The translations under genes were made by a program, and so were the position numbers. From positions 2,322 to 66,321 of the forward strand of contig JAFPXC010000001.1 of the NCBI GenBank assembly GCA_017394805.1: a DNA stretch of 64,000 nucleotides, given 5' to 3'. The notes under the pieces are model-generated. The model was given only the letters and a program-made list of their open reading frames with translations. It was not told where the DNA came from and did not search any database. Positions 6,888-14,721 of this stretch are shown one piece after another. Origin of the DNA: Clostridia bacterium. GTDB lineage: Bacteria; Bacillota; Clostridia; Christensenellales; CAG-1252. How positions within the stretch are numbered: the first letter of the stretch is position 1; each line of letters opens with the position of its first letter.

Positions 6888-9122
6888 ATGGCTAAAAGAG
6901 AACTTATAAAAATTGAACCGTATGCAAGATTATTAACTATGCTTAGTGAACAACTTATCAAAAATGAAGTAGTTGCTTTAACCGAGATTGTTAAAAATGC
7001 ATATGATGCAGATTCTAATTGGGTAAGAATAAGTTTTGAAAATTTTACAAGGAATTATAAGGCTCAAAAGGATTCAAGAATCATTATCGAAGATTGTGGA
7101 TGTGGTATGACTGAAGAAGTTTTGAGACATGACTTTATTAATCCCGCTTCTGCAAATAAAAAAATTAAAAAGGAACGCGGAGAAACATCTCCTAACGGAA
7201 GAATACTTCAAGGAGAAAAAGGGATTGGCCGCTTTTCGTTATTCAAATTAGGCAAAACCGTTACGGTTTATACAAAAACAAAAGATGATACTAGTCCTAG
7301 AAAATTAATTGCAGATTTCTCAAAATATGGAGATGAGTTTTTAAATGATGATGAAAGTCAAATTATGCTTTCAGAATTAGATGTGGAATTCATTTCAGAA
7401 GCCACTGAATTCAGTTTTGAGCCGCAAGTTATGCTCGCGGATGGGTATGCCAAACGGCCCAATCAAGGGACAACTATTATAGTCGAAAATTTAAATGATA
7501 GCTGGGGAAAGGCAAAAATAGAAAAACTACAAGATGAATTAATGAGTCTTATCGGGAACGATGAAGATGATTTTTCTATATATATTTTTAAAGATAATTC
7601 TTTCCTTCCTTCTGTCGTGATAACTGAGGATGACAGATTGCAGAAAATCATTGATCAGAAAGCGGTATATAAAATTGAGGGTCACTATATAGAAAAAGAG
7701 TCTGCATTTGAATTTACAATTAATGGGAAAGCATATAAAAAAGATATTTACGATAAACAAATTAACAAGTTAAGTACATACAAAAAATATAAAGTTGATA
7801 AAGGCTTCAAGGAAAATGACAGCTTGGAAAATAATAGTGCATTAACAAATACAGAATGTGGCGATTTTTCTTTTAGATTTTATGTGTTTGATTTGGAAAA
7901 GCAATATGTGCGAGAAAAATTTAGACTCCCTGTTGATGATTTGAAAATTGTAAAGAAGAATCGCGTTTATTTATATCGAGACGGTATAAGGGTATTTCCA
8001 TATGGAAGTATTAAGGATGATTGGTTGCAGGTTGATACTATTAGAGGAACGCAAAAGGCCAGTGCTATGTTTAGCAATGACCAATTAATTGGTTATGTAA
8101 ATATAACCTATAAGGATAATCCCAACTTGAAAGATAAAACTAATCGTGAAGGATTAATGGAGGTAGGCAATGCCTATCTAGATTTTGTTGCCATGATCCA
8201 GTGCTTTTTGCAATACATCAAAGTATATCATTATGATTTGGATTATGCAAACAAAAAAAATGCAATAAAGAAATTTGATAAGAATGAGCAAATAAATCTG
8301 TCTAATAGTTTTTCTAAAGTAATAAAAGAAGTAAATGATGATTCAATCAAAAAGCAACTAATTAAAATACAACAAGATGTTGAAAAACAAAGCGAGTATC
8401 AGTTAGGCCGTATTCGTGTCGTAGAGGATTTAGCAGGGATCGGTCTATCAATTCAAGCAACGCACCATGACCTAAATAATTTTATCAAGAGAAGTTATAA
8501 TGTTATTGATGACTACAGCAGAAATCTTTTGATAGACGACAATTCTTTTACAGATAAAAGCATTGTTTTAGAGAAATTAGAACGTCTGCGTGGTCTATTG
8601 TCTGCTATGGACGATCTTTTGGTAGACATGAAGAGTTTGTTTGCATCTACGCAAAGGAAATCCAAACAGATTCGCGTTGCGGAAGTATTAAATAAAGTAA
8701 TCGGGTATTATAAAAATTTATTTGTAACTAAAAACATAAATTTCGATGTTAAATCAATTGGAAACAATCCTTTAGTTATTACTATGCCCGAAGCATTATT
8801 AATGACTATCTTTATTAACATATTTGACAATGCTATTTATTGGCTTGAAGATGAAGATAAACAGGCAAAACAAATACGGATAACCATAAATTGCGATGAA
8901 CAATGTATCATTTTTTCAGATAATGGTCCGGGTATCTATCCCGAAGAGGAAGAAAAAATATTTGAAGCATTCTTTACAGGCAAAGGATTGGAAGGGCGCG
9001 GCCTTGGTTTATATATATGCAGGCAATTTATGGAACGATATGATTATCATATCCAAGTGATTAAAAACACCATTGATTGTTTGAACGGCGCTAATTTTTT
9101 GCTTGATTTTAACAAGGAGTGA
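6888..9122 (+). CDS. Dual GHKL protein: N-terminal MORC/MutL/Hsp90-like ATPase plus C-terminal histidine-kinase-like H-box + HATPase_c module
   Basis: N-terminal Bergerat motifs: EIVKNAYDAD, IIEDCGCGM, GEKGIGRFS. The middle contains VYLYRDGIRVFPYG..DDWL, which looks like a transducer. C-terminal motifs: IQATHHDLNNF (H-box-like, HH at nt 8463-8468), IFDNAIYW (N), FSDNGPGI (G1), FEAFFTGK (F) and GRGLGLYICRQ (G2). No TM segment. Starts 2 nt after the MTase stop. Confidence 0.8.
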   Translation: MAKRELIKIEPYARLLTMLSEQLIKNEVVALTEIVKNAYDADSNWVRISFENFTRNYKAQKDSRIIIEDCGCGMTEEVLRHDFINPASANKKIKKERGETSPNGRILQGEKGIGRFSLFKLGKTVTVYTKTKDDTSPRKLIADFSKYGDEFLNDDESQIMLSELDVEFISEATEFSFEPQVMLADGYAKRPNQGTTIIVENLNDSWGKAKIEKLQDELMSLIGNDEDDFSIYIFKDNSFLPSVVITEDDRLQKIIDQKAVYKIEGHYIEKESAFEFTINGKAYKKDIYDKQINKLSTYKKYKVDKGFKENDSLENNSALTNTECGDFSFRFYVFDLEKQYVREKFRLPVDDLKIVKKNRVYLYRDGIRVFPYGSIKDDWLQVDTIRGTQKASAMFSNDQLIGYVNITYKDNPNLKDKTNREGLMEVGNAYLDFVAMIQCFLQYIKVYHYDLDYANKKNAIKKFDKNEQINLSNSFSKVIKEVNDDSIKKQLIKIQQDVEKQSEYQLGRIRVVEDLAGIGLSIQATHHDLNNFIKRSYNVIDDYSRNLLIDDNSFTDKSIVLEKLERLRGLLSAMDDLLVDMKSLFASTQRKSKQIRVAEVLNKVIGYYKNLFVTKNINFDVKSIGNNPLVITMPEALLMTIFINIFDNAIYWLEDEDKQAKQIRITINCDEQCIIFSDNGPGIYPEEEEKIFEAFFTGKGLEGRGLGLYICRQFMERYDYHIQVIKNTIDCLNGANFLLDFNKE

Positions 9123-9127
9123 TACAT

Positions 9128-10405
9128 ATGGAAAACGTAAGACAAATGTTTTCAGGTGATATACTGATAATAGACGATGAAGTTAATGAAAAAGATACAG
9201 AAATTAATAGAATTAAAGAATTTTTGGAAACGAAGCGTTTTCATGTTATTGCATCTGAGTCTATTCCTACCCCAAATGAGTTAACAGACAAGAAAATTGC
9301 ATTTGTTGTATGCGACTGGAAATTTAATAATATAGATGAGAATTTGAATGCACAGAATGTTATTAGTTTTCTAAACAATATTAACACAAATCGCTTAATT
9401 CCTATTTTTATATGTACGACTGTAGAAAAAGATGAAATTGAAGAATATCTGCTTGATGAAAATGGATGTAAAAAGTATAAGAAAAATGAAGCATCTTGTG
9501 TTTTTATAGTTAAAAAGTCCGAGATTGTAGGAGATAATATTTTTAAAGTTATCAATAACTGGATTGAGAAAAATCCTTCAATTCAATATATGAAAGCTTG
9601 GGAAAAAACTATCGAAATTGCAAAAGAAAAGATGTTCAGTGATTTATATAATGAATCTGAATTCTGGCCGCTTGTACTACATCAATGTTTTAAAAATGAT
9701 GGCGATGATCCGACAGAAGAAATGGGACAATTTTTATCTCGGAATCTATTTTCTAGGGTTAGTGGCACGTATAAGTTTAAAGAATTAGAGCCAAGATCAA
9801 TGGATGATATTCAATTAAAAAACATATTAGATGGAGAAAGGACATTTTATTATCAGGAAGAAAACATATCCGATGAAACGCTTTTACATACAGGCGATAT
9901 ATTTGAATTGGCAGGAAACTTATACATTAACATTAAAAGGCAGTGTGATTTATTGCGGAATAACAGAGATGTTTATTTGCTTAAGCTTGACTCTGCTGGT
10001 AAAATTAGTGATTCTCCAATTAAATTGTCTGATAACAAAGAGAATCTGCAGATTTTAGGGAAAAACTATAATATTGCTGATAAGCCTATAGAAAAAATCA
10101 ACGACGCACTGGATAAAGCTTTTGCAAAAACTAATTCTTTTTATAACGGAAAATTTTTAGAAAAAATCAACGAAGTAATTATTCCATGTGTGTGTCATCT
10201 TGATGTCTGTAAAATTGATCTTCGTTCTTTAAGAGTTATATCAGTTGATAATTTAAAGACTGATTACAAACGCAAGGCGCGACTTTTAGAACCATATATC
10301 AGCATTGTCACGGAAAAATTTGCATCATATATTTCATCGAAAGGAACCATGCGTACACCTGAATCTTTGTTGACTCATAAGTTTATTTGTCAAGATATAG
10401 AATAA
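9128..10405 (+). CDS. Receiver (REC) domain protein with an uncharacterised ~280-aa C-terminal domain
   Basis: All five REC landmarks are present: ILIIDDE (acidic pair), AFVVCDWKF (phospho-acceptor Asp, nt 9314-9316), PIFICTT (Thr) and VFIVKKS (Lys). I cannot assign the remainder to any family. AAGGAG lies 8 nt before ATG 9128, which is 5 nt after the upstream stop. Confidence 0.75.
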   Translation: MENVRQMFSGDILIIDDEVNEKDTEINRIKEFLETKRFHVIASESIPTPNELTDKKIAFVVCDWKFNNIDENLNAQNVISFLNNINTNRLIPIFICTTVEKDEIEEYLLDENGCKKYKKNEASCVFIVKKSEIVGDNIFKVINNWIEKNPSIQYMKAWEKTIEIAKEKMFSDLYNESEFWPLVLHQCFKNDGDDPTEEMGQFLSRNLFSRVSGTYKFKELEPRSMDDIQLKNILDGERTFYYQEENISDETLLHTGDIFELAGNLYINIKRQCDLLRNNRDVYLLKLDSAGKISDSPIKLSDNKENLQILGKNYNIADKPIEKINDALDKAFAKTNSFYNGKFLEKINEVIIPCVCHLDVCKIDLRSLRVISVDNLKTDYKRKARLLEPYISIVTEKFASYISSKGTMRTPESLLTHKFICQDIE

Positions 10406-10436
10406 AACTCGATTTACGTTACTAACGCTCCGCCAT

Positions 10437-10480
10437 AAAGAAACGGTTATTTTGATAGAATGACCGTTTCTTTTATTTTA
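10437..10480 (+). terminator. Rho-independent terminator ending the three-gene operon
   Basis: aaagaaacggt (10437-10447) pairs with accgtttcttt (10463-10473), followed by a T-rich tail to 10480. Confidence 0.75.
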
Positions 10481-10659
10481 TCTCAAAACGGCTTGAAATA
10501 AGGGCATTTCGCCTTTTTCTTTATTGCCGTTCTTCCCCAAATACAAATCGTAGGATTATGGGGGGGTAATCGTTGGATTATGGTTTTAGTTGATACCTAC
10601 ACGCACTTTTTCGACTTTTTCTAACTTTTTTGAATTCGATCTCAATCTGACGGTTTTCG

Positions 10660-11460
10660 TCAAACGTCATCGATCGGAGCGCCGAGGAGCGCTTCGCTGA
10701 GTTTTTTTGCCTCTTCTTTTTCGCTTCGCATGTGAAACACCTTCCCCCGCAGGGAATCCATACGTTCGTCCAGTTCGGCACTGAGGTCCGCACACTTTTT
10801 GAGTTCATCCGACATTTCGCCGTCAAAGAGTGAACCCTTTTTATATCTCAGCTGATGCTCCAGACTCGCCCATGCGTCCATCGCAATGGTGCGAAGTTGT
10901 ATTTCCGCTTTCATCACGCGCTTTTCCTGCTGCAGAAAAATAGGGACGGCTACGATCATATGGAGGCTGCGGTATCCGTTCTCTTTGGGAGAAGAGATAT
11001 AATCCTTTTCCTGAATGATTTGTATATCGTCCTGCTTTTTCAACGCGTCCGCCAGCATAGAAACGTCGTCTGTAAAAGAGCAGATCACCCGTATCCCGGC
11101 AATATCGTTCAGGTTTTCCTCTATGCTGTTGATCGTGAGCGGATACCCGCGTGAGATCAGTTTATTCCTGATCGAAAGCGGATTTTTAAGTCTTGTTTTG
11201 ATCGAGCTGATCGGCTGGCGATCAAAACGGAGCGAGAATTCCTCGTTCAGCACCTTGAACTTTGTCTCGATCTCCATCATGGCGCAGTTGTAATAGGACA
11301 TGAGTTTCGCAAAGGAATAGGTTTTTTGTATCGCCGCTTCAAACATCTCCTTGCTGATCGGCATCTCGGAAAAGTCCGACCTGTCTTCCGACAAAGGCAT
11401 CAATTCATTGTTTTTCATAAACATCGTCCCCTTTACTTTTTTCGCATTAAGATTGGTCAT
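10660..11460 (-). CDS. Small alarmone synthetase (RelA/SpoT-domain (p)ppGpp synthetase, RelQ/RelP-like)
   Basis: SIKTRLK...S...K, DIAGIRVIC, GYRSLHMIV, EIQLRTIAMDAWASLEHQLRYK are the classic synthetase-domain motifs. The exact start is uncertain (11460, or ATGs near 11424/11418). Confidence 0.85.
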   Translation of the reverse strand: MTNLNAKKVKGTMFMKNNELMPLSEDRSDFSEMPISKEMFEAAIQKTYSFAKLMSYYNCAMMEIETKFKVLNEEFSLRFDRQPISSIKTRLKNPLSIRNKLISRGYPLTINSIEENLNDIAGIRVICSFTDDVSMLADALKKQDDIQIIQEKDYISSPKENGYRSLHMIVAVPIFLQQEKRVMKAEIQLRTIAMDAWASLEHQLRYKKGSLFDGEMSDELKKCADLSAELDERMDSLRGKVFHMRSEKEEAKKLSEALLGAPIDDV

Positions 11461-11803
11461 TCTTCCTTAGTTTTTTGCAGTACTGCGTACAAAGCTTATC
11501 CGTGCAGTCCGAGCATCGAAGCGCGGCGTTGGAATGCTCCCAGAAGCGTTCGGGAAACATCATAACGCAAAGTTTCCATATCAGCCACGCCGCAAACGCC
11601 ATCAAAATCAGACTTGCCGAATAAAACCCCTTGACAGCAATCATCGGCGTAAACATCATCAGATGATCCCAGTTGAAGATCCTGCAGGTCGTACAGCATC
11701 TGTTTCGCATAATGAGGCGGAAAGGGCACCACACGAGAACACAGATCAGGTCGCAGACGTAGAACGCGCAGCTGATCATAAAAAGGTGCGTGTCGTTAAG
11801 CAC
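11447..11803 (-). CDS. Cys-rich integral membrane protein, hypothetical
   Basis: ORF track. Several hydrophobic segments plus CCTTC and CSDCTDKLCTQYC clusters. Its 3' end overlaps the SAS start by 14 nt, implying an operon. The start is uncertain. Confidence 0.5.
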   Translation of the reverse strand: MLNDTHLFMISCAFYVCDLICVLVWCPFRLIMRNRCCTTCRIFNWDHLMMFTPMIAVKGFYSASLILMAFAAWLIWKLCVMMFPERFWEHSNAALRCSDCTDKLCTQYCKKLRKNDQS

Positions 11804-11960
11804 GTCGTTCGGGCGCAGGAAGACGAGGTTGCATTTTTGTCTTTCACCGCAATCTTCCTCCCGATCATGATTCCGCCTTATGAAAAGGACCGGACTGCTG
11901 TTCGCAGCCCGGTCTTGAACGGTTCGTTCGTATGCCTTTGACGAGCGCGTACTTCCGGAC

Positions 11961-12590
11961 TCAGTCTTTTTTCTTGAATTTTGCCTTGAAGTCCTCGAAA
12001 TCCGCCTTCATCTTCGCCCGCTTTTCCTCGACTCTCTGACGGCGCGATTCCTTCTTTTCTTCGCGCAACTTTGCGCGGGCGTCTTTTTCCATTTGCTTCT
12101 GAAGCTTTTCCGCCTCTTCGATCTCTTCCGCGACCTCGGCGGCGTCAAGTCTTACGAGTACGGATTCGTATTTAGCAAAGCAGAGGTCTGCCGCAAGAGG
12201 CTCAAGTTCGGAAACGAGCTCGATGACGGCGGTGCTTTCCGGCAGGATTGCCTCACACACCTTCTCAATAAGCGATGCGTTTTTAGCCGCGTCGGAGGAG
12301 TCGATCGCACTGCCGATCAGAGCGCCCATGCCGCCGCCTAAAAGCATACCGATGGGTCCCCCGATGACGCCCACAAGACCGCCGATCAGTCCGCCGTGAC
12401 GGGTATCGTCGGTCGTTTCAACGCCCGTGTCGAAATGATCCTTCATAACGATCCGTCCGCCCTCGTTCTTAACGATACACGCCTGCGAGACGATGAACGC
12501 CGGATTGACCGACGCCTGACGGATCTCGGAAAGCGCTTGATACGCTTCGCTTTCCACCTTGAAATTGACGACCAAAATATTCTCTGCCAT
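11961..12590 (-). CDS. Glycine-zipper membrane protein with K/E-rich C-terminal tail (DUF1269-like)
   Basis: Start moved to ATG 12590 (AAGGAGAG RBS). The product contains GGLIGGLVGVIGGPIGMLLGGGMGALIGS and a charged coiled tail. Confidence 0.6.
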   Translation of the reverse strand: MAENILVVNFKVESEAYQALSEIRQASVNPAFIVSQACIVKNEGGRIVMKDHFDTGVETTDDTRHGGLIGGLVGVIGGPIGMLLGGGMGALIGSAIDSSDAAKNASLIEKVCEAILPESTAVIELVSELEPLAADLCFAKYESVLVRLDAAEVAEEIEEAEKLQKQMEKDARAKLREEKKESRRQRVEEKRAKMKADFEDFKAKFKKKD

Positions 12591-12621
12591 TGTTGTTCTC
12601 TCCTTTTTTCTTTTCAGGCTC

Positions 12622-12675
12622 TTGACAAAGCCGTTTTTGCGTGGTACACTTGTTACACCGTCGCAATTGTACCAC
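12622..12675 (+). promoter_or_regulatory. Promoter with overlapping inverted repeat (candidate TetR operator)
   Basis: TTGACA (12622-12627), 17 nt, TACACT (12645-12650). The 8-bp inverted repeat gtggtaca (12641-12648) / tgtaccac (12668-12675) spans the -10 element. Confidence 0.5.
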
Positions 12676-12758
12676 GGATTACACGCATATGTCAATACCA
12701 TATCCGTCGGACTGAACAATCGTCGGGCAATTTGTAACGTCGGAAAGGGTAACTATTT

Positions 12759-13307
12759 ATGACAGAGATTGAAAAGAACGAGATCCTCCGTCTCTCAAAC
12801 GAGGAATCGAACGCCTTGACGAGAAAATGTCTTCAAACCGCTATGGGTAAAATGCTGGCGAGGCAGAGCCTTGAAAAGATCAGCATTTCCGAGCTTGTTC
12901 GTGTTGCGGGCGTTTCTCGGAACGCTTTTTACCGGAACTATGAGTCCAAAGAAGCACTCGTGGAGGAAATGTGCGCAGGCGTGACGTCATGGCTGAAAAC
13001 GTCTGCGGAAAAATGGGAGAACAGCGATGATAAAGAGGAGAGTATGATCTCCATCTTCCGGTTCGTCCGCGATAACGCAATAACGTTCCGGATCCTCGTG
13101 GACGCCCGCCGCGCGCTGATCGAAAAGATCGAGTTTGCCGCCGTTCCGACTTACGGCGATGGACCTGAACGCTATCTCGGAGTAGCTCGCGCCGGAGTTT
13201 ATATCATGATCCTCAAGGAATGGTTTGAAAGCGGGATGAAGGAATCTCCCGAAGAAATAGGAGCGCTTTGCAGCCGCTACGTCTCGGCTGTCGGCGCCCG
13301 CAAATGA
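12759..13307 (+). CDS. TetR/AcrR family transcriptional regulator
   Basis: N-terminal HTH ISISELVRVAGVSRNAFYRNYESKEALVEEM. Confidence 0.85.
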   Translation: MTEIEKNEILRLSNEESNALTRKCLQTAMGKMLARQSLEKISISELVRVAGVSRNAFYRNYESKEALVEEMCAGVTSWLKTSAEKWENSDDKEESMISIFRFVRDNAITFRILVDARRALIEKIEFAAVPTYGDGPERYLGVARAGVYIMILKEWFESGMKESPEEIGALCSRYVSAVGARK

Positions 13308-13612
13308 AACGGCTTCCAACAGGAGCAAAAAAAAAGAATTCGAAAACTTCATAATATAAAGGAAACAAGAATCGTTAAAAAATAATGATATAATCTGTGT
13401 CATTTTTGCCCGAGAGCGTAAAAATGCAAGGAGCGTATCCTTCACAATGGAGGGTAACCACTCACCCCCCTTGCATGGATTCTATCAATATCTACTATGC
13501 AACACAAGTTTTGAGTGCGCCCGGCGATTGGGTATAGACGACGAAACGTACCATTTTGTAACAGGCGGATGGGATTAAGCGCTCGGTAGGGCTCCCACTC
13601 GCTCCGCCATAA

Positions 13613-13654
13613 GCCTTCAAGTTTGAACCATCAGACTTGAGGGCTTTTGTTTTG
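13613..13654 (+). terminator. Rho-independent terminator
   Basis: gccttcaagt (13613-13622) pairs with acttgagggc (13635-13644), followed by TTTTGTTTTG. Confidence 0.7.
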
Positions 13655-13715
13655 TCACGCATAGATGGTAAACGAAAATTTTTACGGTTAATCGGATAAA
13701 ACACGCCGAAATCGC

Positions 13716-14185
13716 TTATAGATACTTCTCCATGCATACGGCGTCCGACTCGACGTCGTAGGGCGGATGGTTGGGGCAGACCGAATAGCCGTTGCGAAGA
13801 TAAAACGCAATGGCGCGGGGGTTCCCGCCGCGGCACTCCAGTACGAGGCGGCGGTAACCTAAGGCGCGCGCCTCGTCTTCCACGGCCGCCATCTGCGCGG
13901 CGCCTACGCCACGACTGCGGGTGCGAGCGTACACGCGCTTCACTTCACCCGTTTCGTCGTCCAAAACGCGCACGCCGGCGCAACATATGGGCGTGCCACA
14001 TTCGTATCCGACGAGGAAAAACGCTTTGTTTTGCCCGAAATCTTCGGGACAAACGTGAGGGTGCCGTCGTGCCCGAGTGTGCCGATAAGCACCTCGTTCA
14101 ACTCTTGAAGAAGTGCTTTCGAATCGACGGATTCGATAGATGATTTTACGAAAGAAAGTGTCGTTTCCCCTTGCCTTATGCTCAT
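13716..14185 (-). pseudogene. GNAT family N-acetyltransferase interrupted by a 1-nt frameshift
   Basis: The N-terminal part MSIRQGETTLSFVKSS...GTLTFVP (frame of ORF 13940-14218) continues as EDFGQNKAFFLVGYECG...RSRGVGAAQM...AFYLRNGY (frame of ORF 13716-14270). The frames switch at the GGG run 14046-14048; one extra base would restore a single ORF. Confidence 0.7.
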
Positions 14186-14366
14186 AATACGCACAACTTT
14201 TTGCGGTGCGGTGCGCACCGCGATCGCTATGGATTATAGGGATTTCACGCCCGTTTGTCAAGCGTTCCACCTTGGGGGCATCGCCCGCGTCGGCCTTCTT
14301 CCGCTCACCCCGTAAAAAACGTAACTAAAGTTGTAATTCGGTATTGAAAAGCCGACGGCTACTTGT

Positions 14367-14662
14367 TATAATAGAAGCAAGTGTGCAAGCACGAGCGAAG
14401 CGAAGTATTTGCATAACGCTTGCGCCGCATTGCAACCGAACGCGGGGAGCGTAGCGACCAATCTATACGCAGTATAGATACCATTCGTAAGAATGGGCGT
14501 TCGTATGGTTGTATAATAGAAGCAAGCGTGCAAGCACGAGCGAAGCGAAGTATTTGCATAACGCTTGCGCCGCATTGCAACCGAACGCGGGGAGCGTAGC
14601 GACCAATCTATACGTAGTATAGATACCATTCGTAAGAATGGGCGTTCGTATGGTTGTATAAT
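14367..14662. repeat. Tandem direct repeat: two full 145-bp units plus the first bases of a third
   Basis: Unit starts (TATAAT) are at 14367, 14512 and 14657. The copies differ at only two positions (14382 t vs 14527 c; 14470 c vs 14615 t). Each unit contains hairpins tctatac-gNa-gtataga and ccattc-gtaa-gaatgg. Confidence 0.9.
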
Positions 14663-14721
14663 GAAAAAGTATTTTATCTGCGCGCCAACGCATACGCGCA
14701 GAAATAAGCGAGGAGAGAACT

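Larger units (their letters stand above)
1..10600. mobile_element. Right-hand portion of an AT-rich integrated mobile element / genomic island carrying recombinase, Rep, R-M and defence-type cargo (left end outside window; right end approximate)
   Basis: By-eye composition is about 30% GC from 1 to ~10.5 kb versus 55-60% for most of the rest (not computed). The region encodes a serine recombinase, an HUH Rep, three DNA methyltransferases and a restriction enzyme. Composition and gene type change between the terminator at 10437-10480 and the SAS gene ending at 10660. No att repeats can be identified because one end is missing. Confidence 0.5.

Noticed and set aside
14367-14662. 145-bp tandem repeat as a mini-CRISPR, tRNA-derived element or known riboswitch
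   Set aside because: There are no unique spacers between the units (they are contiguous), no cloverleaf or T-loop signature, and no match to riboswitch consensus cores I can recall. It is kept as an unexplained repeat.
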